Counted from the stretch's first letter, positions 50,917 to 61,835 are shown. The stretch is 64,000 bases of DNA from Acidobacteriota bacterium (GCA_026393755.1 JAPKZO010000040.1:39311-103310); one strand, 5' to 3'. A program made the numbers and translations. The notes: generated by a model not told the origin, from the sequence alone.

Positions 50917-51481
50917 GCCACAGAATCAGGTGCCTCTCTCAGAGCCGTCAGGCTCCACCGGTGTGCCGGAGGCAGGCGGCCTCGAAGCCCCGCCGTCGTC
51001 GCCACGCCCGCGTCGAAGCGAAGACTGGTTGCGCCGGTGGGCCTCTCTCTGGTCCAATACGCCCGTGGGAGTCATTTCCGACGGTCAGCGCGACTTGCTG
51101 CTCGTGCTTGCGGCGCGTCTTGTGCCGGAGGCCGCGCAACTCCCGCATGCCGGTCAGCTGGCCATGCTCGCGCTCATCGACGAGGCGCTCGCCGGCCGGC
51201 CTCCCGGGATGCAGCGCCAGTTCGGTCTGTTTCTCCGCGTTTTGCGGTGGGCGCCAGTCGCGCGCTATGGACGCCGGCTCGACCGCCTCACGCCACAGCA
51301 GCAGGATTCGGCGCTGCGCTGGTTTCAGGACTGCCCTGTCCAGATCATTCGAAGCGGCTTCTGGGGTGTTCGAACGCTCGTGATGATGGGTTACTACGGG
51401 CGGCCCGAGGCGGGCGCATCGATCGGCTACCATCCGTCGGCTGACGGCAACGCGGTGCTCCATGCTCGATCGCGACGCTGA
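50906..51481 (+). CDS. gluconate 2-dehydrogenase subunit 3-like small protein (GMC oxidoreductase partner)
   Basis: The C-terminal two-thirds (FGLFLRVLRW, LTPQQQDSALRWF, FWGVRTLVMMGYYG) resemble the small subunit found upstream of GMC flavoenzymes. The start is uncertain because it overlaps the divergent kinase start. Confidence 0.6.
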   Translation: MCIMPQNQVPLSEPSGSTGVPEAGGLEAPPSSPRPRRSEDWLRRWASLWSNTPVGVISDGQRDLLLVLAARLVPEAAQLPHAGQLAMLALIDEALAGRPPGMQRQFGLFLRVLRWAPVARYGRRLDRLTPQQQDSALRWFQDCPVQIIRSGFWGVRTLVMMGYYGRPEAGASIGYHPSADGNAVLHARSRR

Positions 51482-52970
51482 CATCATCATCATCGGCTCG
51501 GGTGCGGGCGGCGGCACGATCGCCAGCGAACTGGCTTCCCTCTGCCGTGACGGCGCGCGCGTCGTCGTCCTCGAGGCAGGTCCCAAGCTGCGTGACTCGG
51601 AGTTCACCGGCCGCGAGGTCGAGATGGCCCGGCGGCTCTATGTGGACGATGGCGGGTTCCTGACCGAGGACCGATCGATGACGCTGGCGCTCGGCCGAGC
51701 GTATGGCGGATCAACCGTCGTCTACACCGGCACCTCACTCACGATCACCGAACCGACGCTGGCACGATGGGCCGTGCCCGGGTTGACGCACAGCGATGTG
51801 ATCCGTCGATCTCAGAAGTACCTGGCCGCCAACGCCGTCCACCTGCTCGCCGAAGACGATCTCAACGACAACAACCGGCTGTTCGCTGAAGGTTGCCGCG
51901 CGCTGGGCTATCGCGTCGAGCAGTTCCCGTTGAATCTGAAGGGCTGCACCGGATCGAGCCTGTGCAATCTCGGCTGCCCGAGCGGCGCGAAGATGGGCAC
52001 GCATCGCGTGCAGCTGCCTGAAGCCGAACGGCAGGGTGTCTCTGTGGTCACCAACTGCTCCGTCGACCGGATCGACGATCGCGCAGTTGTCGCGACCGTC
52101 CGTGAGCGATCGTACGGCGAGCCGTCCGCCTGGGCTCCCGGTGAGTACCGGGTCCGCGCCAAGGCAGTGGTGGTCGCAGCCGGCGCCGTCGGATCGCCCG
52201 CGCTGTTGCTGCGGTCCCGGTTGCCAGCGCCGCTTCCGGCTCTGGGCCGGTACTTCACGTGTCATCCCGCGCTGATTCTTGTCGGGCAGCACGACCGCCC
52301 CATCACCAACTTCGCCGGACACCCGAAGAGCTTCTACTGCGATCACTTCGCCGATTCGGACGGGTTCCTGCTGGAAACGTGCATGTACTTTCCGTTCACC
52401 ACCGCCAAGAGCCTGACCGGGTTCGGCGCTGAACACAGCCGCCTGATGGGGGCCATGGACCTGCTGCAGATGATTCTGGTGCTGGCCATCGATCCGCCAG
52501 AATCCGACAACCGCGTGATCGTCGATCGCGAGGGCCGGACGGTCGTGCGGTACACGTTCACCGATCGCGTCAAGCGATCGCTCGTGCTCGCCATGCGGGC
52601 ATCGGCGCGCATCTTCTTTGCGGCAGGGGCGGCCCGCATCCACGCGCCGGCGTCGCCGCAGTTCTTCATTGACGCCGCCGACGCGGATCGCGTCGATGAC
52701 TTGATCCCGCTGGATGGGTTCGTGCCGGGCAAGATCGCCATCGCAAGCGCACACCCGATGGGAGGGTGCCGCATGGGCTCGAGCCCGGCCGAGTCGGTCA
52801 CCGACAGCTGGGGCCAGGTCCACGGTGTGCCGTGGCTGTTCGTGGCGGATGGGAGCCTGTTTCCCCGCTGCGCCGAGATCAACCCGTACGTGACCATCAT
52901 GGCACTGGCCGATCGCGTCGCCGAAGGCGTCGGCCGGCAACTGCCGGAACTGCGAGCGCTGCCGTCATGA
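51462..52970 (+). CDS. GMC-family FAD-dependent oxidoreductase
   Basis: N-terminal dinucleotide fold DIIIIGSGAGGGTIASELA. C-terminal ASAHPMGGCRMG and LFVADGSLFP are typical GMC signatures. Confidence 0.9.
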   Translation: MLDRDADIIIIGSGAGGGTIASELASLCRDGARVVVLEAGPKLRDSEFTGREVEMARRLYVDDGGFLTEDRSMTLALGRAYGGSTVVYTGTSLTITEPTLARWAVPGLTHSDVIRRSQKYLAANAVHLLAEDDLNDNNRLFAEGCRALGYRVEQFPLNLKGCTGSSLCNLGCPSGAKMGTHRVQLPEAERQGVSVVTNCSVDRIDDRAVVATVRERSYGEPSAWAPGEYRVRAKAVVVAAGAVGSPALLLRSRLPAPLPALGRYFTCHPALILVGQHDRPITNFAGHPKSFYCDHFADSDGFLLETCMYFPFTTAKSLTGFGAEHSRLMGAMDLLQMILVLAIDPPESDNRVIVDREGRTVVRYTFTDRVKRSLVLAMRASARIFFAAGAARIHAPASPQFFIDAADADRVDDLIPLDGFVPGKIAIASAHPMGGCRMGSSPAESVTDSWGQVHGVPWLFVADGSLFPRCAEINPYVTIMALADRVAEGVGRQLPELRALPS

Positions 52971-54691
52971 AGACGCGGGGATCGGAACTGGTCGTGCGGG
53001 CGCTGGAAGATGCGGGAGCGCGATTCGCGTTCGGGATCCCCGGCACCCACAACATCGAGCTGTACGACGCGCTGCATCGGTCAGAGCAGGTGTTCGCGGT
53101 CCTCGTCACAGACGAACAGAGCGCCGGGTTCATGGCCGATGGCGTCTCGCGCACTTCGACGTCGGTGGGCGTCGTCAACGTCGTGCCCGGAGCCGGCATC
53201 ACGCATAGCCTCTCAGGCATCGCCGAAGCGTACCTGGATGGCATCCCGCTGGTGGTTCTGGCGTGTGGCATCCGCAATGACACGGGCCGCGCGTATCAGC
53301 TGCACGACATCGATCAGCTCGCCCTGCTCAGGCCAGTGACCAAGGCCTGTCTCACGCCGGCGACGCCGGATGACCTCTACCAGGTCGTGCGCCAGGCGTT
53401 CGATCTGGCCCGGGCCGGGACGCCGGGACCAGTGGCTGTCGAGATCCCCGCGAATTTCTATCTCTTGACGCACGAGGTGGCGGCCCACGAGACCTACAGT
53501 CCGGCGACCACCGTGGCCATTGTCGCGTCAGATGCGATCGCCGAGGCCGCGCGCCTGCTGGATGGCGCGACCCGGGTGCTGCTGTATCTCGGATACGGCG
53601 CCCGCAACGCCGGGGCCGCACTGGTCGCGATCGCCGAGGCGCTTGGTTCACCCGTCGCGACGACGATCCAGGGCAAGGGCGTGTTTCCAGAGCATCATCC
53701 GTTGTGGCTGTGGAACGGTCTCGGCCGCTCCGCGCCGCCGTTTGTGCGGACGGTGGCGGGCGAATGCGACGTCATGCTGGCCGTCGGCTGCCGGTTCGGC
53801 GAGGTCGGAACCGGCAGCTGGGGTTTTACCCCTCCGGCCACGCTCATCCACGTCGATATCAACCGCGACGTGTTTCATCGCAACTTCCCGGCGACATTGG
53901 CCATCGAAGCCGATGCGTCGGCGTTCGCGGCGGCGCTGCTGCCGCTCATCACGCCCCGCGGCGAATGGGGCGACGCCACTGAACATATGGCCGTCGGCCA
54001 TCGCGATCTGCGAGAACTGGTCATGCGGGAGCGCAGCGAAACGGGCGTGACGCCGGCGGTCCTGTTCGACGGGCTCCAGCAGCGTTCGCCCGATGCGATC
54101 TATGCCACCGACAGCGGGAACGGGACGTTTCTCGGAATGGAACATCTCAGACTGGACGCGCCGGGCCGGTTTCTCGCGCCGGTGGATTTTTCCTGCATGG
54201 GATATGCGGTGCCGGCGGCCATCGGCGCCAAGCTGGCCAACCCGACTCGTGACGTGGTCGCCCTCCCGGGGGATGGGGCGCTGCTGATGACGGGGCTGGA
54301 GCTGGCGACGGCCGCTTCGTACAGCCTCGGTGTCGTGGTCTGCGTGCTGCGCGACGGCGAACTCGCGCAGATCGCCCAGTTCCAGAGGACCGCGCTTGGC
54401 CGGGAGGAGAACAGCGTGCTCCCGCCGTTCAGCGTGGAGTCGCTTGCAGCCACGGTCGGCGCCGAGTACGTGGCGTGCCGGCAGGACGCCCACGTCCCTG
54501 CCGCGCTCGACCGGGCGTTTGAGGTGGCGCGCGGCGGAAGGCCGGTGATGGTCGAAGTCGCCATCGACTATTCGCGAAAGACATTCTTCACGAGCGGGGT
54601 CGTGGCGAGCACGTTCTGGCGGCTGCCGTGGAGTGATCGCGTGCGGATGCTGGGCCGCGCCGTGTCGCGTAACCTGCAGCGGCTGGATTGA
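52967..54691 (+). CDS. thiamine-diphosphate-dependent enzyme (acetolactate synthase large-subunit-like)
   Basis: Start at ATG 52967 (ATGA overlap with the GMC stop). GSELVVRALEDAGARFAFGIPG N-terminus. TPP-binding GDGALLMTGLEL motif. Confidence 0.9.
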   Translation: MKTRGSELVVRALEDAGARFAFGIPGTHNIELYDALHRSEQVFAVLVTDEQSAGFMADGVSRTSTSVGVVNVVPGAGITHSLSGIAEAYLDGIPLVVLACGIRNDTGRAYQLHDIDQLALLRPVTKACLTPATPDDLYQVVRQAFDLARAGTPGPVAVEIPANFYLLTHEVAAHETYSPATTVAIVASDAIAEAARLLDGATRVLLYLGYGARNAGAALVAIAEALGSPVATTIQGKGVFPEHHPLWLWNGLGRSAPPFVRTVAGECDVMLAVGCRFGEVGTGSWGFTPPATLIHVDINRDVFHRNFPATLAIEADASAFAAALLPLITPRGEWGDATEHMAVGHRDLRELVMRERSETGVTPAVLFDGLQQRSPDAIYATDSGNGTFLGMEHLRLDAPGRFLAPVDFSCMGYAVPAAIGAKLANPTRDVVALPGDGALLMTGLELATAASYSLGVVVCVLRDGELAQIAQFQRTALGREENSVLPPFSVESLAATVGAEYVACRQDAHVPAALDRAFEVARGGRPVMVEVAIDYSRKTFFTSGVVASTFWRLPWSDRVRMLGRAVSRNLQRLD

Positions 54692-54696
54692 CGCGC

Positions 54697-55641
54697 GTGC
54701 ACATCCCTGATGGCTTTCTGAGCGTCGGCGTCGCGACGGCCACCTGGACGGCGGCGGCCATCGGCGTGGCCTCGGCGCTTCGGGCGGAGAAGGCCGACAG
54801 CCATCCCATGCCTGCCGGCATCCTCGGCGCGACCGCGGCGTTTCTGTTCGCGGCGCAGATGATCAACGTGCCGATTGCTCCCGGCGTGAGCGGCCACCTG
54901 GTGGGAAGCGCGCTGGCGGCCGCGCTGGTCGGCCCCTGGCGCGCCTTGATCGCCATGGCAGTGGTGCTGGCCATTCAGGCCGTGCTCTTTCAGGACGGCG
55001 GCATCAGCGCGCTCGGGGCCAACATCTTCGACATGGGTGTGGCGGGCGTCGCGGTCGCCTATGCCGTGGCGGCGCTTGCCGCCCGCTGGTCGCGAAGCCC
55101 ACGCGGCTTTGCGATCGGGGTTGTCATCGGTGCATTCGCGGCCACCACGGCGGCATCGGTGCTGACTGGCATCTGGCTCGGTCTGTCGGGTCTCTATCCG
55201 CTCGGCGCCATCGTTCAGATCATGCTGGTCACCCATGTGGCCGTCGGCGTGCTCGAAGCCGCACTGACCGGAGCCATTGTCGTGACGGTCCTGCGCTGGA
55301 GACCGGACCTGGTGCGCGGACTGAACGCCACTCACACCGTGAGTCACCCGGCCGCTGCGCTGGTCGGCATCCTTGGTGTGGCGATCGTCGTCGCGGCGTT
55401 TGTCTCGCCATTCGCGTCTGCGCTGCCAGACGGTCTCGAACAGGCGGCCGCGCGACTGGGCTTTGCGGGGCGCGCTTACGCCGCGTGGCCGGCGCCGCTG
55501 GCCGGGTACTCGCTGCCATTGGCGGCCTCCGGCCGGGCGGCAACGGCAATCGCCGGAACGCTCGGCACGATTGCGGTGGCCGTGCTCGCCTGGGTCATCA
55601 GCCGCAGCCTTCGATCACACACAGATGCCGTACACCGGTAA
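54697..55641 (+). CDS. cbiM: ECF-type Ni/Co transporter substrate component (CbiM/NikM) fused to a PDGLE domain
   Basis: GTG 54697 gives the N-terminus M-H-I-P-D-G-F-L, the metal-binding N-terminus of the CbiM/NikM family. About 6 TM helices. The C-terminal extension contains ALPDGLE (PDGLE domain, CbiN/NikN substitute) plus a final TM. Confidence 0.85.
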   Translation: MHIPDGFLSVGVATATWTAAAIGVASALRAEKADSHPMPAGILGATAAFLFAAQMINVPIAPGVSGHLVGSALAAALVGPWRALIAMAVVLAIQAVLFQDGGISALGANIFDMGVAGVAVAYAVAALAARWSRSPRGFAIGVVIGAFAATTAASVLTGIWLGLSGLYPLGAIVQIMLVTHVAVGVLEAALTGAIVVTVLRWRPDLVRGLNATHTVSHPAAALVGILGVAIVVAAFVSPFASALPDGLEQAAARLGFAGRAYAAWPAPLAGYSLPLAASGRAATAIAGTLGTIAVAVLAWVISRSLRSHTDAVHR

Positions 55642-56260
55642 GCGCCACGGCGGCGTTCTCGCTTGCGGGCTGGCCGTCATCTCGGCCGCGGCCCTTGCAC
55701 CGGCGGGCTTACAAGGAGATCCCGTGCCCGTCTGGGCGTGGGGTCTGTGGACGCTCAGCTTCGCGACGGCGCTGTGGGCGTTTCACAAGGCCGGCCTGCC
55801 AGGCGCCGAGGCTGTGCGCCGGATCGCGTGGCTGATGCCACTGGTCGCGGCCTTCGCGCTGCCCGCGGCGCTGCTGGCACCAACGCGTGCCCGCTGGTTG
55901 GTGGCGCTCACGCTGTCGGTGCGGGCGCTGGCAGCGGCGGCAGGGGGCGCCGGCATCGCCACATGGCTCGGGCCCAGCGGCATCGTCAACGGCGCGGGCC
56001 AGTTGGGTGCGCCGCAACGATTGGTGGATGTGCTCGAGGCAACGCTGGCCAGCCTCGCGACTGTGCTGCGACAGATCAGAGCGATGCTCCAGGCACGCGA
56101 GGCCAGACGCACGACGTTCGGCGCGTGGAGTGATCTGGCCGCGGAACCGGCAGACACGATCCGCGGATTCGGCAGGGTGGTGGCGGCGCTGCTCCTCCAT
56201 TCGCTCGAACGGGCCGAGGCGCTCGAGCGAGCACGCCGCGCAAGAGGATTCGAGCCATGA
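55625..56260 (+). CDS. cbiQ: ECF transporter transmembrane (T) component, CbiQ-like, short
   Basis: ATG 55625 overlaps cbiM by 17 nt. The hydrophobic protein ends with the ARG-type motif region (ALERARRARGF). The position between M and ATPase genes supports the call. It is shorter (211 aa) than typical CbiQ. Confidence 0.6.
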   Translation: MPYTGKRHGGVLACGLAVISAAALAPAGLQGDPVPVWAWGLWTLSFATALWAFHKAGLPGAEAVRRIAWLMPLVAAFALPAALLAPTRARWLVALTLSVRALAAAAGGAGIATWLGPSGIVNGAGQLGAPQRLVDVLEATLASLATVLRQIRAMLQAREARRTTFGAWSDLAAEPADTIRGFGRVVAALLLHSLERAEALERARRARGFEP

Positions 56261-57036
56261 GCGACGAGGGGGCAACGGCTGTCGGTTTTGAGGTCTCGGG
56301 CCTCACGTACCACTACCCGGACGGGTCGCCCGCGCTCAACGGCATCAGTGTGCGCGTGGCCGCCGGAGAACGCGTCGCGCTGCTGGGCCCCAACGGCGCC
56401 GGCAAGTCCACGCTGCTCCTGCACGTGGCTGGCCTCCTCCCGGAGCGGCGTCGCTACCTGCACGTCCACGAGCACGGGGGCACGGCGCACCGCCACGGCC
56501 GGGTCGGACGCATTGTCGTGGACGGAACGGAACTGACGCCCGGCAGCATCCGACAGATCCGGGCTCTTGCGGGCATCGTGTTTCAGGATCCCGACGATCA
56601 GTTGTTCGGCCTGACGGTCGGCGAAGATGTCGCGTACGGCCCGCGGGCCCGCCGCTGGTCAGCCGTCGCGACCACGCAGGCCGTCGAGGAGAGCCTGGCT
56701 GCCGTGGGATTGTCCGGATTCGAACATCGCTCGCCGCATCATCTCTCGGCCGGCGAGAAGCGACGCGTGTGCCTGGCCGGTGTGCTGGCGTGCCATCCTG
56801 GACTGCTCCTGCTCGATGAGCCGTCGTCCGGGCTCGATCCTCGAGGCCGGCGGGGGCTGGCGGACGTGCTGCGCGGGCTGACAGCGACGATTGTCGTGGC
56901 GAGCCATGACCTGGAATTTGTCACCGCACTCTGCTCGCGCGCCATCGTCGTCGATCACGGAGGCATCGTGGCAGATGGGCCAGTCGTCACGATCCTCGGC
57001 GATCACGATCTGCTGATGAGGCACGGGCTCGCCTGA
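56257..57036 (+). CDS. cbiO: ECF transporter ATPase (CbiO-like ABC ATP-binding protein)
   Basis: Walker A GPNGAGKST, Q-loop FQDPDDQLF, signature LSAGEKRR, Walker B LLLLDEPSSGLD. Carries a His-rich insertion after Walker A. Confidence 0.9.
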   Translation: MSDEGATAVGFEVSGLTYHYPDGSPALNGISVRVAAGERVALLGPNGAGKSTLLLHVAGLLPERRRYLHVHEHGGTAHRHGRVGRIVVDGTELTPGSIRQIRALAGIVFQDPDDQLFGLTVGEDVAYGPRARRWSAVATTQAVEESLAAVGLSGFEHRSPHHLSAGEKRRVCLAGVLACHPGLLLLDEPSSGLDPRGRRGLADVLRGLTATIVVASHDLEFVTALCSRAIVVDHGGIVADGPVVTILGDHDLLMRHGLA

Positions 57037-57080
57037 CGCGTTTTGCCTGAGCTGCGGCGTCATGACACAATCTGGCCGCC

Positions 57081-58088
57081 ATGACTGATGCACTCGTTAC
57101 CATTGACGCGATTCGCGAGGCGGCCGCACGCATCCGCGCGCTGGCCCGAGTGACGCCGCTGCTCGAAGTGACCGATGTCACCGGCGATGCCGAGCCTCCG
57201 GGCCGGCTGTTTCTGAAGTGCGAGAATCTCCAACGCAGCGGGGCGTTCAAGATTCGCGGGGCCGTCAACATGATGCTCAGGCTCACCGAATCGGATCGGG
57301 CCCGCGGCGTCATCACGTTCTCATCCGGCAACCACGGCATCGCGATGTCGCTGGCTGCGAAACTGCTGGGCGTGCCTGCCGTCGTCGTCATGCCGACCAC
57401 GGCGCCGAACGTCAAGGTCGAATCGGCTCGCCGGCTGGGCGCAGAGATCGTGTTCGAGGGCACGACGACGATTGAGCGAAAACGCAGAACGGAGACACTG
57501 GCGGCCGAACGTGGGCTCACCATCGTGCCGCCGTTCGATCACGAGTGGATCGTCGCAGGCCAGGGCACGATGGGCCTCGAGATTCTCGAACAGTGCCCCC
57601 AGGTGTCGGCCGTGTACGTGCCGGCCAGCGGTGGCGGCATGATCGCGGGCGTCGCGACGGCAATCAAGAGCCTGAAGCCGGACGTGCGGATTGTCGGCGT
57701 CGAGCCGTCCGGGTCGAACAGGATGACGCAGTCGCTGCGGGCCGGCCGGCCGGTCACGCTGGCGTCGGCAAGCGGCATCGCGGACGGCCTGCTCGCGGTG
57801 CGGCCCGGCGACATCACGTTCCGGCACGTGCAGGCCTACGTCGATCACATCATCACCGTGGACGACGAGGCCATTGCGCGTGCGGTCCGGTGGGTGTTCG
57901 AGCACGCGAAGCTCGTCGTCGAACCGAGCGGCGCGGCCACAGTCGCCGCTGTACTCGGCCGCCAGGACGCGTCATGGTCGCGCGATGGGTCGGCGCGCGT
58001 GAGCGTCCCGGCAGGAAGCCTGATGGTCGCCGTGCTGAGCGGCGGCAGCGTGGACGCCGCCGCGTACGGACGGTACATCACCGGTTAG
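57081..58088 (+). CDS. PLP-dependent threonine/serine dehydratase family protein (fold-type II, no ACT domain)
   Basis: SGAFKIRGA (PLP lysine), SSGNHG, GGGMIAG glycine loop. 335 aa. Confidence 0.85.
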   Translation: MTDALVTIDAIREAAARIRALARVTPLLEVTDVTGDAEPPGRLFLKCENLQRSGAFKIRGAVNMMLRLTESDRARGVITFSSGNHGIAMSLAAKLLGVPAVVVMPTTAPNVKVESARRLGAEIVFEGTTTIERKRRTETLAAERGLTIVPPFDHEWIVAGQGTMGLEILEQCPQVSAVYVPASGGGMIAGVATAIKSLKPDVRIVGVEPSGSNRMTQSLRAGRPVTLASASGIADGLLAVRPGDITFRHVQAYVDHIITVDDEAIARAVRWVFEHAKLVVEPSGAATVAAVLGRQDASWSRDGSARVSVPAGSLMVAVLSGGSVDAAAYGRYITG

Positions 58089-58123
58089 TACGGAATGACG
58101 GTCGGGAAAGGACGCGGGGGGAC

Positions 58124-59382
<1,259 letters not shown>

Positions 59383-59386
<4 letters not shown>

Positions 59387-60693
59387 TGTTTCAGCCCGAG
59401 CGCCATCGACCGACGGATCTGTTCGGCCATCTTGTTGAGCTTCACGTCAGACCTGAAGCCGACCGACTGTGCCGCGCCAATCATGATTGAGTAGGCCAGC
59501 TTGATCGGCACGTCGATCTGTTTGGCGATGTCGAGGATCACGGCGCTCTCCGAATCGATCAGCGCGCCGTCCGCCAGTGCGATATCGGTGAGGCGCGAAA
59601 GCACGAAGCTCTTGTCGTCGAGCTGGGCCTCGGCGCGAATCTCGGCAATCGCGGCCGGCAACTGGGCGGCGATGACCTCGGGATCCGTCACAATCTCCGC
59701 CTCCGGTTCATCCGTGAACCAGTGATGCAGAATCTGCACAAGGATCTTGACCTCGTCGTCGCCGACCTCGCCATCAGCGGCCAGCAGTCGCGCTCCGGCC
59801 AGCGCAATCACGCGCATGATGGCGCGGTGCCCGGGCTGGAACGGATAGCGGCGAGTCAGTTTTACCAGTTCGTCGACGGCGTCCTCGAGTTCGCCATCGC
59901 CGATCGGCGTTGCCTCGACGGGATATCCGGCGCGCTGCGCCTTGGCCGAGCGCGAGAACAGCTCCGCCGCCCTCAGGCGAATCGGCAGCAGCGGATGCGA
60001 CGCGAACGCCTCCTCGATCAGTTCCGGCCGGCCGCGGATTTCGTCCACCTGGCTCACCAGCGCCTGGATGTCCAGATTCAGGTTGCGCTCGCTCAGGCCG
60101 AACGTCGCTTTCAGCAGCGAGGTGGCCGTGGCCTTGAGATCCCGGCTTGCCAGGACGCTCACGCGGTCGGCGCTGATCTCGGCCTTCTTGCGCCAGCGGA
60201 GAAACAGGCTCTCGCCCAGTGCCGGGAGTACGGTCACCGAGGGATTCGCCGCGTCGGTGGAAATGAGCGCGGCGAGCCGGTTGTTGCCGAACAGGATGTG
60301 GCCAAGCTCGTGGCCGAGAATCGAGGCGAGTTCGGCATCCTCGAGCCGCTCGAGTGCCATGGCGGTGACGCCGACGAGCGAGTAGGTGGTGTCCTTGCGC
60401 ACGTCGAGCAGGGCGAACGCGTTGACCTCCGGCGACGGGAGGCAGAAGACCTCGGCCTGGGCGTCGAGTTCGAGCGCTTTGCAGACGTTTCGGAAGATCG
60501 TATAGATGCGGGGCGACAGGCGCTCGCTCAGACGGATGCCTTCCTTCAGCAGCCGTTCCCGCACGCCGTGGTCCAGCTGCCGGCGGTTCTCTTCGTACGT
60601 CGCGAGGTAGTCGGCCACCCGATATGTTGTCATCAGGTCTTCGACGTCCTTCGCGTCCCCGCGGTAGCGCACGTCGTTCCAATCAATTGCCAT
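59383..60693 (-). CDS. M48-family zinc metalloprotease with a C-terminal TerB-like domain
   Basis: HExxH as ILGHELGHILF. The C-terminal half with repeated acidic helices (DGEVGDDEVKIL, LADGALIDSESAVIL) is TerB-like by inference. Confidence 0.8.
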
Positions 60694-60893
60694 CAGCCCT
60701 CTCCGTATTCATTGCGCCTTCCCGGACGGGGTTTCGGTGCCGCTTCGGGAGTGTCACCACGTCACCCGCGCGACTCTGACGTCCCCATGCACGTCGTGGT
60801 CGATGGAAGATGTAGTCCGCGAGGCGTCAATTGTCAATGAATTACCGACGCGCTGGTTCGGCGCACCCGTGGCGGCTGGCATAGAATAGGGCC

Positions 60894-61823
60894 TTGTCTG
60901 GAGGGCTCTTGAGTGACCTGATCCGACGATCGTTGCTGCCACTGTGCCTGTGCGCGCTGGGGCTTGCGCAGACCGGCTGCTCGATCAGGATGATGGCGAT
61001 CAACACCCTCGGTAACGCTCTGGCTGGCGGTAGTTCCGGCTACGCCAAAGACGATGACCCGGAACTGGTCCGGGATGCGGTGCCATTCGCGCTGAAGACC
61101 ATCGAGGGTCTGATCGACGAATCTCCGAGGCACAAGGGTCTGCTGACGGCCGCCTGCAGCGGTTTCACGCAGTACAGCTATGCGTTTATCCAGCAGGAAG
61201 CCGACTTCGTCGAAGCGCAGGATCTGGACCGCGCAACGGCGATGCGCGTGCGCGCCAAGAAGCTGTACCTGAGAGGTCGCGACTACGGCATCCGGGCCTT
61301 CGAGGTGGAATTTCCACGCTTTGGCGATCGCCTCCGCACGAACACGGATGGTGTGCTGGCCAGACTGAGCAAGAAACACGTCCCCCTGCTCTACTACACC
61401 GCGGCGGCCTGGGCGGCGGCATTTGCGCTGGACATCGCCGACTCGCGCCTTTCCGTCGAGCAGACGCTGTTCGAAAAGATGATGCGCCGGGCGCTGGTGC
61501 TGGACGAAGGCTACGAACTCGGATCGCTGCACGACTTCTTCATCTCGTGGGACGCCGCGCACGCCACCACCGGAAGCTCGATCGAGAGCGCCCGGGAGCA
61601 TTTCGAGCGCGCGAAGGCGCTCGCCCGCGGCCAGCGTGCCTCACTGTTTGTGAGCCTGGCTGAATCCGTGTCGGTCAGCGAGCAGAACAAGAAGGAATTC
61701 GAGCAACTCCTGAACGAGGCGCTGGCGGTCGACATCACACTGGCGCCGGAACAGAAGCTGGCGAACGTCATCTCCCAGCGGCGCGCAAAGTGGTTGCTGT
61801 CGAGGATCGATGAACTTTTCTAG
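60894..61823 (+). CDS. tatT: TRAP-transporter TatT component family lipoprotein (TPR-like)
   Basis: Lipoprotein-type signal (LCLCALGLAQTGC). The body matches my memory of TatT (DPELVRDAVPFALKTIEGL, LYYTAAAWAAAF, SLHDFFISW). The start is TTG 60894 or TTG 60909 (GGAGGG upstream). Confidence 0.8.
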   Translation: MSGGLLSDLIRRSLLPLCLCALGLAQTGCSIRMMAINTLGNALAGGSSGYAKDDDPELVRDAVPFALKTIEGLIDESPRHKGLLTAACSGFTQYSYAFIQQEADFVEAQDLDRATAMRVRAKKLYLRGRDYGIRAFEVEFPRFGDRLRTNTDGVLARLSKKHVPLLYYTAAAWAAAFALDIADSRLSVEQTLFEKMMRRALVLDEGYELGSLHDFFISWDAAHATTGSSIESAREHFERAKALARGQRASLFVSLAESVSVSEQNKKEFEQLLNEALAVDITLAPEQKLANVISQRRAKWLLSRIDELF

Positions 61824-61835
61824 AGAGACAGGATC

